From positions 1,260,001 through 1,292,000 of the forward strand of contig NC_008698.1 in NCBI RefSeq assembly GCF_000015225.1: 32,000 bases of DNA, in the 5' to 3' direction. Source of the stretch: Thermofilum pendens Hrk 5. Its GTDB lineage: Archaea; Thermoproteota; Thermoprotei; Thermofilales; Thermofilaceae. The translations under genes and the position numbers were made by a program. Shown here one piece after another: positions 23,846 through 32,000 of the stretch; position 1 is the stretch's first letter, and each line of letters starts with the position of its first letter. The notes beneath the pieces were generated by a model that worked only from the letters and a program-made list of their open reading frames with translations, searched no databases and was not told the origin of the DNA.

Positions 23846-25001
23846 ACTCCACCGCCCATGGGATTAGGGGCATGGGCAGGGCGAGCGCTAAGAGCGCGTA
23901 GTAGCCCGCTACTGTTGCGAGCGGGCTGAGCGCGGGTACCAGGAGGAACAGCGCTAGGATAGTTACGAGGTAGTATGCTAGTAGCCCGTTGGAGCGGTAG
24001 ATGTCCGGCTTTAAGACCCACAGGGTAAGGGTGGCCACCAGGAGAGCGTACAGGCTACCCGCCGCCTCGAAGCCGGGGAGGAGTATGGCTAGCGGCGCGC
24101 TGAGAGCGACCAGGTTTACAAGCGTAACTAGGGGCTTCGCGCTAAACCTCCTGCCGAGGACGTAGAGGTACCTGAGGTAGGAGTCCAGGTAGGAGTCGAG
24201 GCTCGCGACGGCGAGGAGCACGAGGTAGTACTCCACGCCTAGGGACGCTATGAGGGACCGCACAATGAGCGCTACGTCGTCGGGGCACTCTCCTTTACAC
24301 TCGATCGCGGGTCCGAGAAGGCTCGTAACCCTAGCTTCGCACGGGCAGCTGGGAGACGGCGAGCCGTGCGCGGAGACTAGGTAGACGATGAGTAGGGCGA
24401 AGACCAGCGCAAGAACCCTGTAGAGCCAGCCAGCCGTCGTCATAACCTCTCTTCCCACCTTGACTACCGCTAGGCTCTCGCGCCTAGACAAGGCTTCGAA
24501 AACGAGCACTGCGATCGCGTCGACAGGCCTTACTGGGGCCACGAGAGCGGTTGCTACCAGGAGCGGGGTAGTGCCGTATACCTGCGCGACTGCAAGGGCT
24601 ACAGCCGCGAGAACGGATACCAGGTAGGACTGCCTGTACAGCGAGAAGAGGGGCACCGTTAAGAGAGTGAGGGGCGCCGAGACTGTAACGAGGGCAACGG
24701 CGTACAGCGTTTTCCCGAGAATGGTCCTGGACGCCACCGGGGATAGCTGAGGCATCTTCGCGTAAAGCGCGCGCATATAAATGTACATTGAGAAAGGTAT
24801 GAGGGCGCCCTCCAGCCCTAGCCTCCCCTCGAGGTCCAGCAGGCTGTTCATGAACAGGGCTATGGAGCCGCGGTAAGGAATAGCCAGAAGCAGAAGGGCG
24901 AGCGCGAGTAGGTATTCGAAGCTTCCTAGGAAGTGCGCGGTAAAAAAGGACAGCACCCTGGCAACCCTGAAGAGGGAGGATTGCACAGCCCTGACACCCA
25001 A
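23820..25001 (-). CDS. Polytopic membrane protein, unknown function (possible permease partner of the 22813 ATPase)
   Basis: 393 aa with many hydrophobic helices. A Cys-rich loop reads SPSCPCEARV...IECKGECPDD. I recognise no family signature. Confidence 0.55.
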   Translation of the reverse strand: MGVRAVQSSLFRVARVLSFFTAHFLGSFEYLLALALLLLAIPYRGSIALFMNSLLDLEGRLGLEGALIPFSMYIYMRALYAKMPQLSPVASRTILGKTLYAVALVTVSAPLTLLTVPLFSLYRQSYLVSVLAAVALAVAQVYGTTPLLVATALVAPVRPVDAIAVLVFEALSRRESLAVVKVGREVMTTAGWLYRVLALVFALLIVYLVSAHGSPSPSCPCEARVTSLLGPAIECKGECPDDVALIVRSLIASLGVEYYLVLLAVASLDSYLDSYLRYLYVLGRRFSAKPLVTLVNLVALSAPLAILLPGFEAAGSLYALLVATLTLWVLKPDIYRSNGLLAYYLVTILALFLLVPALSPLATVAGYYALLALALPMPLIPWAVEYARHKLGC

Positions 25002-25031
25002 TTCTTTAAAACAAAGAAGAAGGAAGAAAAA

Positions 25032-25493
25032 TTATTTTCCTCTACAACGGCAGACAGTGCCGCCCGTGTCTACGGTTATACTACCATTCAGATTAATATA
25101 AGGTCCTCGGACGCTCCAATATTCTACACCATTAGGACCACACATGTCTTTACAAGACTGTGCAGATCTGTCGATGATTAGCGCGGTTACTAGCCCAATT
25201 GCAATTATGGTTATGGCTATTGCGAGGGCGGGTGCGAGGTAGTAGACTTTTCTCTTATCGCGGGCCTTGGTGATTGCTAGGGCGGAGGTTGCGAACGTTG
25301 CGGCGAAGAGGATGGGGGTCGCGGAGTACTCGGTGTAGCCTGCGGCTTGGTAGCGCTTGACGAGGGGGTCTGCGCTGAACCCTGCATGCATGTTCGCGGC
25401 TACGACTATGGCCGTAATAGCTATTGCCCAGAGCCAGCCGTTTATCACTGTGAATGCGGCGTACGCGGCGTACTTCCTGAGCTTTGTTTTCAT
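25032..25493 (-). CDS. Small membrane protein with a C-terminal Cys-containing domain
   Basis: I place the start at ATG 25493 (MKTKLRKYAAYAAF...), giving 153 aa. The track start 25700 would run through the AT-rich intergenic region and overlap the upstream gene. It has three hydrophobic segments and then SAQSCKDMCGPNG...GGTVCRCRGK. Confidence 0.5.
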   Translation of the reverse strand: MKTKLRKYAAYAAFTVINGWLWAIAITAIVVAANMHAGFSADPLVKRYQAAGYTEYSATPILFAATFATSALAITKARDKRKVYYLAPALAIAITIIAIGLVTALIIDRSAQSCKDMCGPNGVEYWSVRGPYINLNGSITVDTGGTVCRCRGK

Positions 25494-25612
25494 GTTTGTC
25501 CCCCTCGGCGATTTTTCTGTGAAAAGGTTTTTTATTTTTTTTTTGGCAGAATTTTTGAAAGAATTACTTAATATTTTTGAAACATTTCGAAATTTTTCTT
25601 CACGTTCTCCCT

Positions 25613-26530
25613 TCATTTTTCTTGCCTGTTGACAAATGCTATGTATGATGCTAGGATAGCCATAAGGGAGTACAGCGCTAGAAGTGCTAAATCCGCCCAT
25701 TGCGTGACGACTAGGCGTACGGGGTCTATCTTCCCAATGTACTCTGTTACCTCTACGACGTTGCCTTTGGCGGTGAAAGTTATTCTAATGCCGAAAAGCT
25801 GGTAGCCTAGTGACGCGTAGTGCAGGTTGGGAGAGAAGTACTGCAGGGTGAGGGAGGTTTGAATGACTCTGCTCAGCCACTCGGCTAGGCCGGTGGTAGT
25901 GGGTGGCGGGGGCTCTGCTAGTAGCGAGGCTATGGCTATCGATGCCGCGGGTAAAGCTATTGCGAAGAACACCCAGACGGCTAGGCTTAGTAGCAAGGAG
26001 TGGCTTGACTTTCTGGAGAGTATAGAGGCTAGGAGGGAGAAAGCGTAGTACGTTAGCGCGTAGAGCGTAGCGAGCGCGATGAATATCGCGAGTCGAACGA
26101 TGTGGTCGGGCATCACCGCTACTCCCTGGATGGCCGAGGCTAGCACCGCTAGGAGCGAGGCGCCCGACACTACCAGCGTGATGCATGCTAGCGAGGCTAG
26201 CACCTTGCCGCTTACTACGACGTCTCTGTACACGGGCTTTGAGAGTATGAGCCTCAGCGTCCCCCTCTCCCTTTCCCCGCTTATGGCGCTGAAGCCCAGG
26301 GCTATCCCGAGGAGTGGCGCCGCTACCTCTAGGGATGCTACTATGCCTCGTCCTATCTCTAGGAAGAGGTCCCTCTCCTGGGGGATTTGGCCTGCCCTGA
26401 AGCTTAGGTAGACGGAGACCGTGTTGAACAGGAATACGAGCAGGAAGACTGCGACCACGATCCAGAACCTCCTGCTTGAAACCGTGTCTGCAAACTCTTT
26501 CCTCGCGATTACTAGCACCTTGCTTACCAC
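25613..26530 (-). CDS. ABC-2-type transporter permease
   Basis: 305 aa. The N-terminus VLVIARKEFADTVSSRRFWIVVAVFLLVF is typical of the ABC-2/NosY-like permease family. It has about 6 TM segments and overlaps the upstream ATPase gene by 7 nt. Confidence 0.75.
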   Translation of the reverse strand: MVSKVLVIARKEFADTVSSRRFWIVVAVFLLVFLFNTVSVYLSFRAGQIPQERDLFLEIGRGIVASLEVAAPLLGIALGFSAISGERERGTLRLILSKPVYRDVVVSGKVLASLACITLVVSGASLLAVLASAIQGVAVMPDHIVRLAIFIALATLYALTYYAFSLLASILSRKSSHSLLLSLAVWVFFAIALPAASIAIASLLAEPPPPTTTGLAEWLSRVIQTSLTLQYFSPNLHYASLGYQLFGIRITFTAKGNVVEVTEYIGKIDPVRLVVTQWADLALLALYSLMAILASYIAFVNRQEK

Positions 26531-27471
26531 CTAGCACCACCCTGGTAGAAGCGGTACACGTCTTCCCAGGTTACCTCCCTGTATGTTAAGGGTTCTACGG
26601 CGGCTCCGTGCTTTTCAGCGACCTCGATGAGCGCGGAGACGCGGTCGTTCTTCGCTAAAACCCTGATCGTGTTCCCGCCGTGCCCCGTAACTATGACTTC
26701 GGGGAGCGAGCGGAGCTCCTCGAGGAGCCTCTCGGAGTAATCCGTCCTTCTCACCGCGTAGGCTGAATACTGCTTTTCTGCGAGTTCTCGTGTAACTTCC
26801 TCGAGGCTACCCTGAGCTAATACCTTACCCTTCCTGATTATCGCTGCATGCGTGCAGATGTTGCCGACTTCGTGGAGGAGGTGCGTGGATATCATTATGG
26901 TCTTGCCCCTCTCCCTGAGCCCTAGCACTAGGATCTTTAGGAGTTCTATGCCGTCTGGATCGAGGCCCATCGTCGGCTCGTCGAGGATTACGAGGTCTGG
27001 GTCTTTCATGAGAACCTGCGCTAGCCCCAGCCTCTGTATCATGCCCCTCGAGAAAGTGGAGACCTTTGCGCCCGCCTTATTGCTCAGTCCTACGAGCTCG
27101 AGGACCTCGCGGGCCCTTTTCTCGACCTCGCCTTTCGGCACCTCGTCTAGTAGCCCGAAAAATACTAGGTTATCAAGCGCGGTCATGTGCTCGTACAAGC
27201 CGAAGGCCTCGGGTAGCAACCCCACCCTCTTTCTCACGCTTAGGGACTGCTTTACAACGTCGTACCCCAGCACCCTTGCGCTACCCCTCGTGGGTAAAAT
27301 CAAGCCCAAGAGGATTGATATAAGCGTGGTCTTCCCGGAACCGTTGGGCCCGAATATGCCGAAGATGCTTCCAGCCGGCACTCTGAGGCTAACCTCGTCG
27401 AGAGCCTTGACCTCGGATCCCCTGTCCCTATAAACTTTGACCAGCCTATCTGTTTCCACGGCGAGCTCCAC
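26524..27471 (-). CDS. ABC transporter ATP-binding protein (ABC-2 / CcmA-like subfamily)
   Basis: 315 aa. Motifs are Walker A IFGPNGSGKTTLISIL, Q-loop, signature FSRGMIQRLGLAQVL, Walker B LVILDEPTMGLD and H-loop ISTHLLHEV. A C-terminal extra domain is present. Confidence 0.9.
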   Translation of the reverse strand: MELAVETDRLVKVYRDRGSEVKALDEVSLRVPAGSIFGIFGPNGSGKTTLISILLGLILPTRGSARVLGYDVVKQSLSVRKRVGLLPEAFGLYEHMTALDNLVFFGLLDEVPKGEVEKRAREVLELVGLSNKAGAKVSTFSRGMIQRLGLAQVLMKDPDLVILDEPTMGLDPDGIELLKILVLGLRERGKTIMISTHLLHEVGNICTHAAIIRKGKVLAQGSLEEVTRELAEKQYSAYAVRRTDYSERLLEELRSLPEVIVTGHGGNTIRVLAKNDRVSALIEVAEKHGAAVEPLTYREVTWEDVYRFYQGGARW

Positions 27472-27475
27472 TCTC

Positions 27476-29266
27476 TCACCTCCTGCCGAACTTTCTGTAG
27501 ACCGCGACTAAAAGCACTACTAGTGCGAGTAGAGCTCCCAGCCCTATGTATACCGCGCCGGCCCCCGTCTTTACGTATACGTGGAGTTGCCTCGTTGCAA
27601 CTAGGGATTGATCCTCGCTGAGCTGGTCGGCCAGCGGCTTCAAGGTTATGTAGTAGTCTCCAGCGCTTACGTCCGGCTCTGCGTAAACTGTTACCGTGAA
27701 GTTGGCGTTTTCCTGGGCTTTAAGCGATAGAACGACTTCTGGAGAGATGTTTACGCGGAGCCCCCTCGGCACGTTAGACACCTCTATTCTTACGTTTGTT
27801 AATGAGCTGTAGCCGGTGTTTTTGACCCCTAATTGGAAGGTGGCCGAAGAGCCCGATGTCACCTCCAAGTAGAAGTTCTGGGTTGTATACTCGAGGCTGT
27901 AGCTTCCCATAACTCCCAGGTTGAGAGGTAGGCTTACACGAGAATAGTTCGTGTTGGCTTCGAGTATGAAAGGAATGACCGAGGGCTCGGCGAGGAGAGG
28001 TACGCTTACGACAACTTTTAATTGCCTGCTTTCTCCCGCCTTCAGGTACAGCTTGGAGATAACATTCCCGTTAAGGTCTTCTATACGCCAGCTGTAGCCG
28101 GGCGGCAGTCCTTTCACGACTAGCTCTACGACTCCGTCTCCTTCGCCGATATTCCTAGTAGTGACGAGAAAGCTTGCACTACGGCCGGCGTAGGTGTTGA
28201 GGAAAGGAGTCTCGGTTTCTAGCTTCGCGAGGGGCTTTCCCTTTACGACGGTAACGTTGAGCCAGAGCTTCGACTCGAAGTACGGGTCCACGCCTCTGAA
28301 CACAACGCCTACTGTATAGTTACCCGGTGCCGCGGTATCGGGGATCTGCAGGACGACTTTAGCTTTCACGCTTTCTCCGGGGTTCAAGGAGAGCTTGTAG
28401 AGGTTATTGCCGCTAGTTGAGTCGAGAATACTCCCTGACCACCGGCTCGGTAGTAGCAGGAAGACTACCCCTGAAGTCCTATCGGGAAGCTTGTTCGTTA
28501 TCTCTAAACCGTCGAGGCTCACCGTTGAGCCGGGAGACGCCTTTACGCTTAGGTAGGTAGATGTTACGAGCTGGGGGTCTCTATGCTCGATGTCGACTGT
28601 GATCACTCTCCTCTGAAGAGTGTATCCAAGAACGTCTACCGTTATGTTGTACCGACCGGAGGCGTTGTAAGGTACTTTCAGCACTAGGTCAAGCTTCAAG
28701 GTCTGCCCAGGGCTTAAGACTATGCTTTTCACCTCGAGGTCTCCCAGGTAGAAGCCAGCGGTCCACCCGGAAGGTGCGCTCGCCGAGAGGGTGACGGTTT
28801 CTTCTCTCGAACCTTTCTCCGCCAAAACCACCGGTATGCGGAGCGTGGAAAGACAGCTGGCTCTTACATCTCTGAGCTCTACGGAGACTGAGAGGCTGTA
28901 ATCCAGGGTGATCTCTCCCAGCTCTACGTGTAGCCTGTCGCCGGAAATGCTAAAGGAAATGGTTTTAGCCTCGTAGCCCACTTTAATTAGGGAAGCTTTG
29001 TACGTGCCTGGAGCCAGTAAAGCCCAAAAGTCACCCGTCATGCTGGTTTTAACTCTGGCGACAAGAGTGTTATCCTCGCCGAAGATCAGTATTGATACAT
29101 CGCTTATCGGCGCCCCCCTCGGGTCAACGACTACTCCATGTACATTCACGCTAGTGCTTTGCGCGGTTAATAGACGGGGAGTCATAACCAGTATGATCAT
29201 CAGCGCTAGGAGAGCGTAACGTGTATGGAGGAGAGTTCTTTCTTTACCGCCTGCCTTAAGGGTCAT
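27476..29266 (-). CDS. Secreted, C-terminally anchored surface protein with Ig-like/CARDB-NEW3-like repeats (COG1470-like)
   Basis: 596 aa. The N-terminal hydrophobic signal is YALLALMIILVMTP. A carboxypeptidase-regulatory-like segment reads VHGVVVDPRGAPISDVSILIFG...PGTYKASLIKVGYE. Beta-rich modules repeat, with many N-x-S/T sequons (NASG, NITV, NYTV, NVTV, NFTV). The C-terminal TM plus basic tail reads LGALLALVVLLVAVYRKFGRR. It is the first gene of the operon with the ABC-2 ATPase and permease. Confidence 0.7.
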   Translation of the reverse strand: MTLKAGGKERTLLHTRYALLALMIILVMTPRLLTAQSTSVNVHGVVVDPRGAPISDVSILIFGEDNTLVARVKTSMTGDFWALLAPGTYKASLIKVGYEAKTISFSISGDRLHVELGEITLDYSLSVSVELRDVRASCLSTLRIPVVLAEKGSREETVTLSASAPSGWTAGFYLGDLEVKSIVLSPGQTLKLDLVLKVPYNASGRYNITVDVLGYTLQRRVITVDIEHRDPQLVTSTYLSVKASPGSTVSLDGLEITNKLPDRTSGVVFLLLPSRWSGSILDSTSGNNLYKLSLNPGESVKAKVVLQIPDTAAPGNYTVGVVFRGVDPYFESKLWLNVTVVKGKPLAKLETETPFLNTYAGRSASFLVTTRNIGEGDGVVELVVKGLPPGYSWRIEDLNGNVISKLYLKAGESRQLKVVVSVPLLAEPSVIPFILEANTNYSRVSLPLNLGVMGSYSLEYTTQNFYLEVTSGSSATFQLGVKNTGYSSLTNVRIEVSNVPRGLRVNISPEVVLSLKAQENANFTVTVYAEPDVSAGDYYITLKPLADQLSEDQSLVATRQLHVYVKTGAGAVYIGLGALLALVVLLVAVYRKFGRR

Positions 29267-29338
29267 AGCACCTTTCTATGGACTTTTCTTCGAAGGCATT
29301 GATTTTTTATTTTTTGTAAGACCTCGCCGGCGCGCCTT

Positions 29339-29746
29339 CTAGGCGGTGGCTTTCTTCACGTCTTCTACGAACTGCCTGGCCTTCTCCAACTCTTCTCTCA
29401 GGGAGCTCAAGGTGTACTCTCCGTCGTAGAAGCATCTTACGTGGAGCGTGTATTCTCTAGCCATGAACCTGTCCTTGAAGCCTTGCCTCGCTACTTCGGG
29501 GTCTTTCGCGGCTAGTTCTTCGAGGGCGAGCCTTTTCTGCCTGTGGGTCTCGATGTTTTCCTCGCTGAAGCCCTTGGCGAGTAGGAGTGCGTCTGCCGCT
29601 TTGGCTACGGCGCGCCAGGCTTTCTCGGCTGAGTCCCTGATTGCCTCGTCGCTTCCCTCTTTGACGCCTTTCTCGAACTCTTCGAGGGCTACCCTCAGGA
29701 GGTTTTCTGCTTCTTCAATGAGCCTCGTGGTCCTGGCTGTGTCCAC
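29339..29746 (-). CDS. PaREP1-family helical protein (HEPN-like fold)
   Basis: 135 aa. The pattern EKAWRAVAKAADALLLAKG....ETH......L.EL ....... EYTLHVRCFYDGEY matches my recollection of archaeal PaREP1 proteins (..W.A...A.kAl....G....sH ... lH.nFY.). It contains an R-x4-H motif (REYTLH). Confidence 0.55.
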   Translation of the reverse strand: MDTARTTRLIEEAENLLRVALEEFEKGVKEGSDEAIRDSAEKAWRAVAKAADALLLAKGFSEENIETHRQKRLALEELAAKDPEVARQGFKDRFMAREYTLHVRCFYDGEYTLSSLREELEKARQFVEDVKKATA

Positions 29747-29801
29747 GGGCGGTTGTTCGCCTCGGGAGGGTTAAGCTTTTTGGGCTGGGGTTGAAGCTGG
29801 T

Positions 29802-30185
29802 TTGTGCGAGGGGTGGTTGTATGTGTCGAGGGTGAGGTTGAGGGAGGTTCTTAGGTGTGGGGCTTTGGAGGACCTTGTCCCGGGGTTGGAGAGGGTTGTA
29901 GACGAGCTGGTGGAGAGGTATAGGCCTTTGGAGGTGATAGTGGCTGGTTCTCTCGCGAGGGGTGAGTTCGTGCGGGGGTTGAGCGACGTGGATATTCTGG
30001 TCGTTGTTGAGCGCGAGGTTTCGGATAGCGAGAGGTTCGCGCTGAGGAGTGTGGGGGACGTGGATGTAGAGGTCACGGTTGTCTCAAGGAGGGAGCTCGA
30101 GGAGGCGGTGGCCGCCGGGAACCCTTTCTACGCGGAGGCTTTCGAGAGGGGTGTGAGGGTTTACAGCTCGAAGGCTTCCCGGTAG
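29802..30185 (+). CDS. Minimal nucleotidyltransferase (MNT/Pol-beta superfamily)
   Basis: 127 aa. VIVAGSLARGEFVRGLSDVDILVVVE is the GS.aRGe....SD.D NTase signature. The track start is TTG, and the real start may lie a few codons downstream. Confidence 0.8.
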   Translation: MCEGWLYVSRVRLREVLRCGALEDLVPGLERVVDELVERYRPLEVIVAGSLARGEFVRGLSDVDILVVVEREVSDSERFALRSVGDVDVEVTVVSRRELEEAVAAGNPFYAEAFERGVRVYSSKASR

Positions 30186-30187
30186 CG

Positions 30188-30439
30188 GTGGCTGGTGTAC
30201 GCGATGGTTTTAAGTGTGGGTGTACGCGTATGTTCTCGGTGCGTTGCTGGTGGAGGGGCGTGACTGTCTCTTTTAGGATTCCGGGGGAGCTTAAGAGGCG
30301 TATGGATGAGCTTGGAGGCCGCGTTGACTGGGGTGAGGAGGTGAGGAGGTTTCTAGAGAGGAGGGTTGAGGAGCTTGAGCAAGCGAAGGCTGTAGAGGAT
30401 TTAGAGAAGGTTATCGCTTCTCTTCCCCCCGGCGCCTAG
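30188..30439 (+). CDS. Ribbon-helix-helix (CopG/VapB-like) small protein, possibly frameshifted at its 3' end
   Basis: VTVSFRIPGELKRRMDELGGRVDWGEEVRRFLERRVEELE fits a strand-helix-helix RHH layout. The likely start is GTG 30260 or ATG 30230 rather than 30188. The ORF ends just after a C6 run at 30415-30420. An alternative frame continues to ...SGTAAKYVREDREDG*. Confidence 0.5.
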   Translation: MAGVRDGFKCGCTRMFSVRCWWRGVTVSFRIPGELKRRMDELGGRVDWGEEVRRFLERRVEELEQAKAVEDLEKVIASLPPGA

Positions 30440-30628
30440 CGGGACCGCCGCTAAGTACGTTAGGGAGGACCGCGAGGATGGTTGATGCCGAGGGTGGAGT
30501 GTCGGCTGTTCGCGTTGGGGTTGAGCGCGGATCTGCTCGTGGAATGTTTTGAGCTCATCGGTTAAGGGCTGAACGTTTACCACCGATTACTATTCGTTTT
30601 CGATTCTTGATCGTCCGCCCCGAAAGCC

Positions 30629-30636
30629 TTATTTAA
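30629..30636 (+). promoter_or_regulatory. TATA box of the csx1-like gene
   Basis: TTATTTAA ends 29 nt upstream of the GTG at 30666. Confidence 0.45.
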
Positions 30637-30665
30637 CTTTTTGCACAGTAATTCCTGGATGCCCC

Positions 30666-32000
30666 GTGTCCAGGGTTTTGGTCGTCGCTACGTGGGGCTT
30701 CCCGGGTAACTGGCTCAAAGAGCGGTACTCGGCCGCTGTTCCGCCGGCCAACGTCGATAAGTGGCATAGGTTGAGCGAGTGGAGCATTGGAGGCTACGTG
30801 GAGGCCCACAGCCCTACTCCCGTGGAGGCGAAGGCTTTGAGCGAGATGGGCTTCGACGTGGGGGTCGTCGTCTACGCTCTTGACTCTCTGTCCGCTGTTC
30901 CGAGATTGAGCGTTCCCTCCGACGACGACGTCAGGGGGAAGCTTGTAGAGGAGCTGAACAAATACGTCGACGGGTGGTTGAACAAGGACCCGGAGGGTTA
31001 CGGGGAGGTTCGCGGGAGGGCCGAGAAGGTTGCCGGGCTTTTCGTCTCCGGTTACTTCGGGGAGGTTGGGTTCCCGCTCGACAAGGTTTCCACGGTTGTT
31101 CTGCCGGGTACGGGTGTGTACGCGCTGGGCCCCGGTAGTAAGGGTAAGAGGTACGTGTTTAGGGGGTCGCCGCAGAACGCGGCTGTCGCGATGGAGCTGG
31201 ACCTGCTCGAGAGGGTCGACGCCTTCAAGCCGGACGCCGTTGTCTTCGACTCTACGCACGGGATAAACTACCTGCCCATAGTCGCGAAGAGGGTTGTCGA
31301 GAGGGTGGCTAGGGTTTACAGCGCGCTTGAGGGGAGGAAGGTCTGCGTCGCCACCGTTCAGAGCGATACTCCGGCGGGCGGCCTCGCGGGCTTGGAGCTG
31401 GGCGTCATGGTTGTCGACGTGAAGGTGTTCAGCGCCTCGCCCAGGGAGGTCTTGGAGGAGTTGCTCCCGCACTTCGACTCGGAGCCTTACAGGATGCTCA
31501 AGAAGGATGAGAAGGTCAAGCCGCCGGATAGCCTTAAAGAGCTGAGGAAGGAGTTCGGGGAGCTGAAGGAGGTTAAACCGCTGGCGAAGGCCTTGGTGGA
31601 GCTCGCCGGCTACGGCTTAACGCTTTACCTGTGCTCGAAGGTGAGGGAGCTCGCCGGCGGGGATTTCTCCTCGATGGCCGGGAGGCTTTTAGAGAGGGTC
31701 AGAGGGGCGCTCTACGAGAGGGACGTCGCCTCCGGTGGCGAGGTGCGCGTGGAGCATGTCTACGCGTTCAGCGACTCCGTGCCGGGCGTCTTGGAGGCTG
31801 TCTACGTGCTTGGACGCGTGGTCCCGAGGCTGGCGGAGCTGTGCGGGGTGGACGAGCAGGGGTTCATGGGGGTTGACAGGCTCTTGGAGGTGGGGAGGTC
31901 CCTCGGGCTTACGAGGCTCGGCGAGAGGTTGCTGGGCTACGAGGTGAGCGACGTTAAGAGGAGGGTTTCGGCGGCGAGGGATGCTGGGATAGAGCTTGAG
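30666..32000 (+). CDS. csx1: Csx1-family CARF protein (DxTHG family), 3' end outside the window
   Basis: This ORF is not in the track because it has no stop inside the window. The frame is open from GTG 30666 to 32000 (445 codons). The N-terminus reads (M)SRVLVVATWGFPGNW. VVFDSTHGINYLP is the DxTHG motif that names a Csx1-type CRISPR-associated family. The track ORF 30633..31472 (-) is its antisense shadow. Confidence 0.7.
   Translation, partial: MSRVLVVATWGFPGNWLKERYSAAVPPANVDKWHRLSEWSIGGYVEAHSPTPVEAKALSEMGFDVGVVVYALDSLSAVPRLSVPSDDDVRGKLVEELNKYVDGWLNKDPEGYGEVRGRAEKVAGLFVSGYFGEVGFPLDKVSTVVLPGTGVYALGPGSKGKRYVFRGSPQNAAVAMELDLLERVDAFKPDAVVFDSTHGINYLPIVAKRVVERVARVYSALEGRKVCVATVQSDTPAGGLAGLELGVMVVDVKVFSASPREVLEELLPHFDSEPYRMLKKDEKVKPPDSLKELRKEFGELKEVKPLAKALVELAGYGLTLYLCSKVRELAGGDFSSMAGRLLERVRGALYERDVASGGEVRVEHVYAFSDSVPGVLEAVYVLGRVVPRLAELCGVDEQGFMGVDRLLEVGRSLGLTRLGERLLGYEVSDVKRRVSAARDAGIELE

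Noticed and set aside
29339-30185. PaREP1 (with an R-x4-H motif) plus the adjacent nucleotidyltransferase could be read as a HEPN-MNT toxin-antitoxin pair.
   Set aside because: The two genes are divergent (55-nt shared upstream region) rather than forming the co-directional overlapping operon typical of MNT-HEPN modules. The HEPN assignment of PaREP1 rests on my by-eye motif reading. I report them as separate genes only.

Overview
This window is an archaeal CRISPR-Cas super-locus. It looks crenarchaeote or hyperthermophile in style: TATA-box promoters about 25-30 nt upstream of start codons, many GTG/TTG starts, 4-nt gene overlaps, and a PaREP1-family gene. Four CRISPR arrays share one 24-nt repeat, GTTCAAAATCAGCAAGACTAAGAG in the transcribed sense. 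They hold 8, 27, 35 and 10 repeats, about 76 spacers in total. Each array sits next to a copy of the same roughly 240-265 bp leader. Arrays 1 and 2 diverge from each other. Between them lies a six-gene type III-B Cmr operon on the minus strand, in the order cmr4-cmr5-cmr1-cmr6-cas10/cmr2-cmr3. Arrays 3 and 4 bracket a type I-D-like interference operon plus adaptation genes, also on the minus strand: cas10d, a cas11d-like gene, csc2, csc1, cas3', cas2, cas4, cas1. To the right are two ABC-transporter clusters, one with a large anchored surface glycoprotein. They are followed by a PaREP1 gene, a minimal nucleotidyltransferase, an RHH gene, and the 5' part of a Csx1-family (DxTHG) CARF gene. That CARF gene runs off the window and is missing from the ORF track. 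The left edge carries the 3' end of a nadC-like gene.

Points worth follow-up:
- cas10d and the small-subunit ORF form one reading frame split by a single TAG.
- Cas4 has substitutions in two nuclease motifs.
- Every leader carries two TGAC-N3-GTCA palindromes.
- The leader copies are mosaic, and they bracket the cas cassettes as inverted and direct repeats.
- The Cmr Cas10 lacks an HD domain but keeps GGDD.
- No cas6 is present in the window.
- Two arrays hold diverged spacers that appear to come from the same protospacer.

All family calls rest on motif recognition by eye. No database search was possible.
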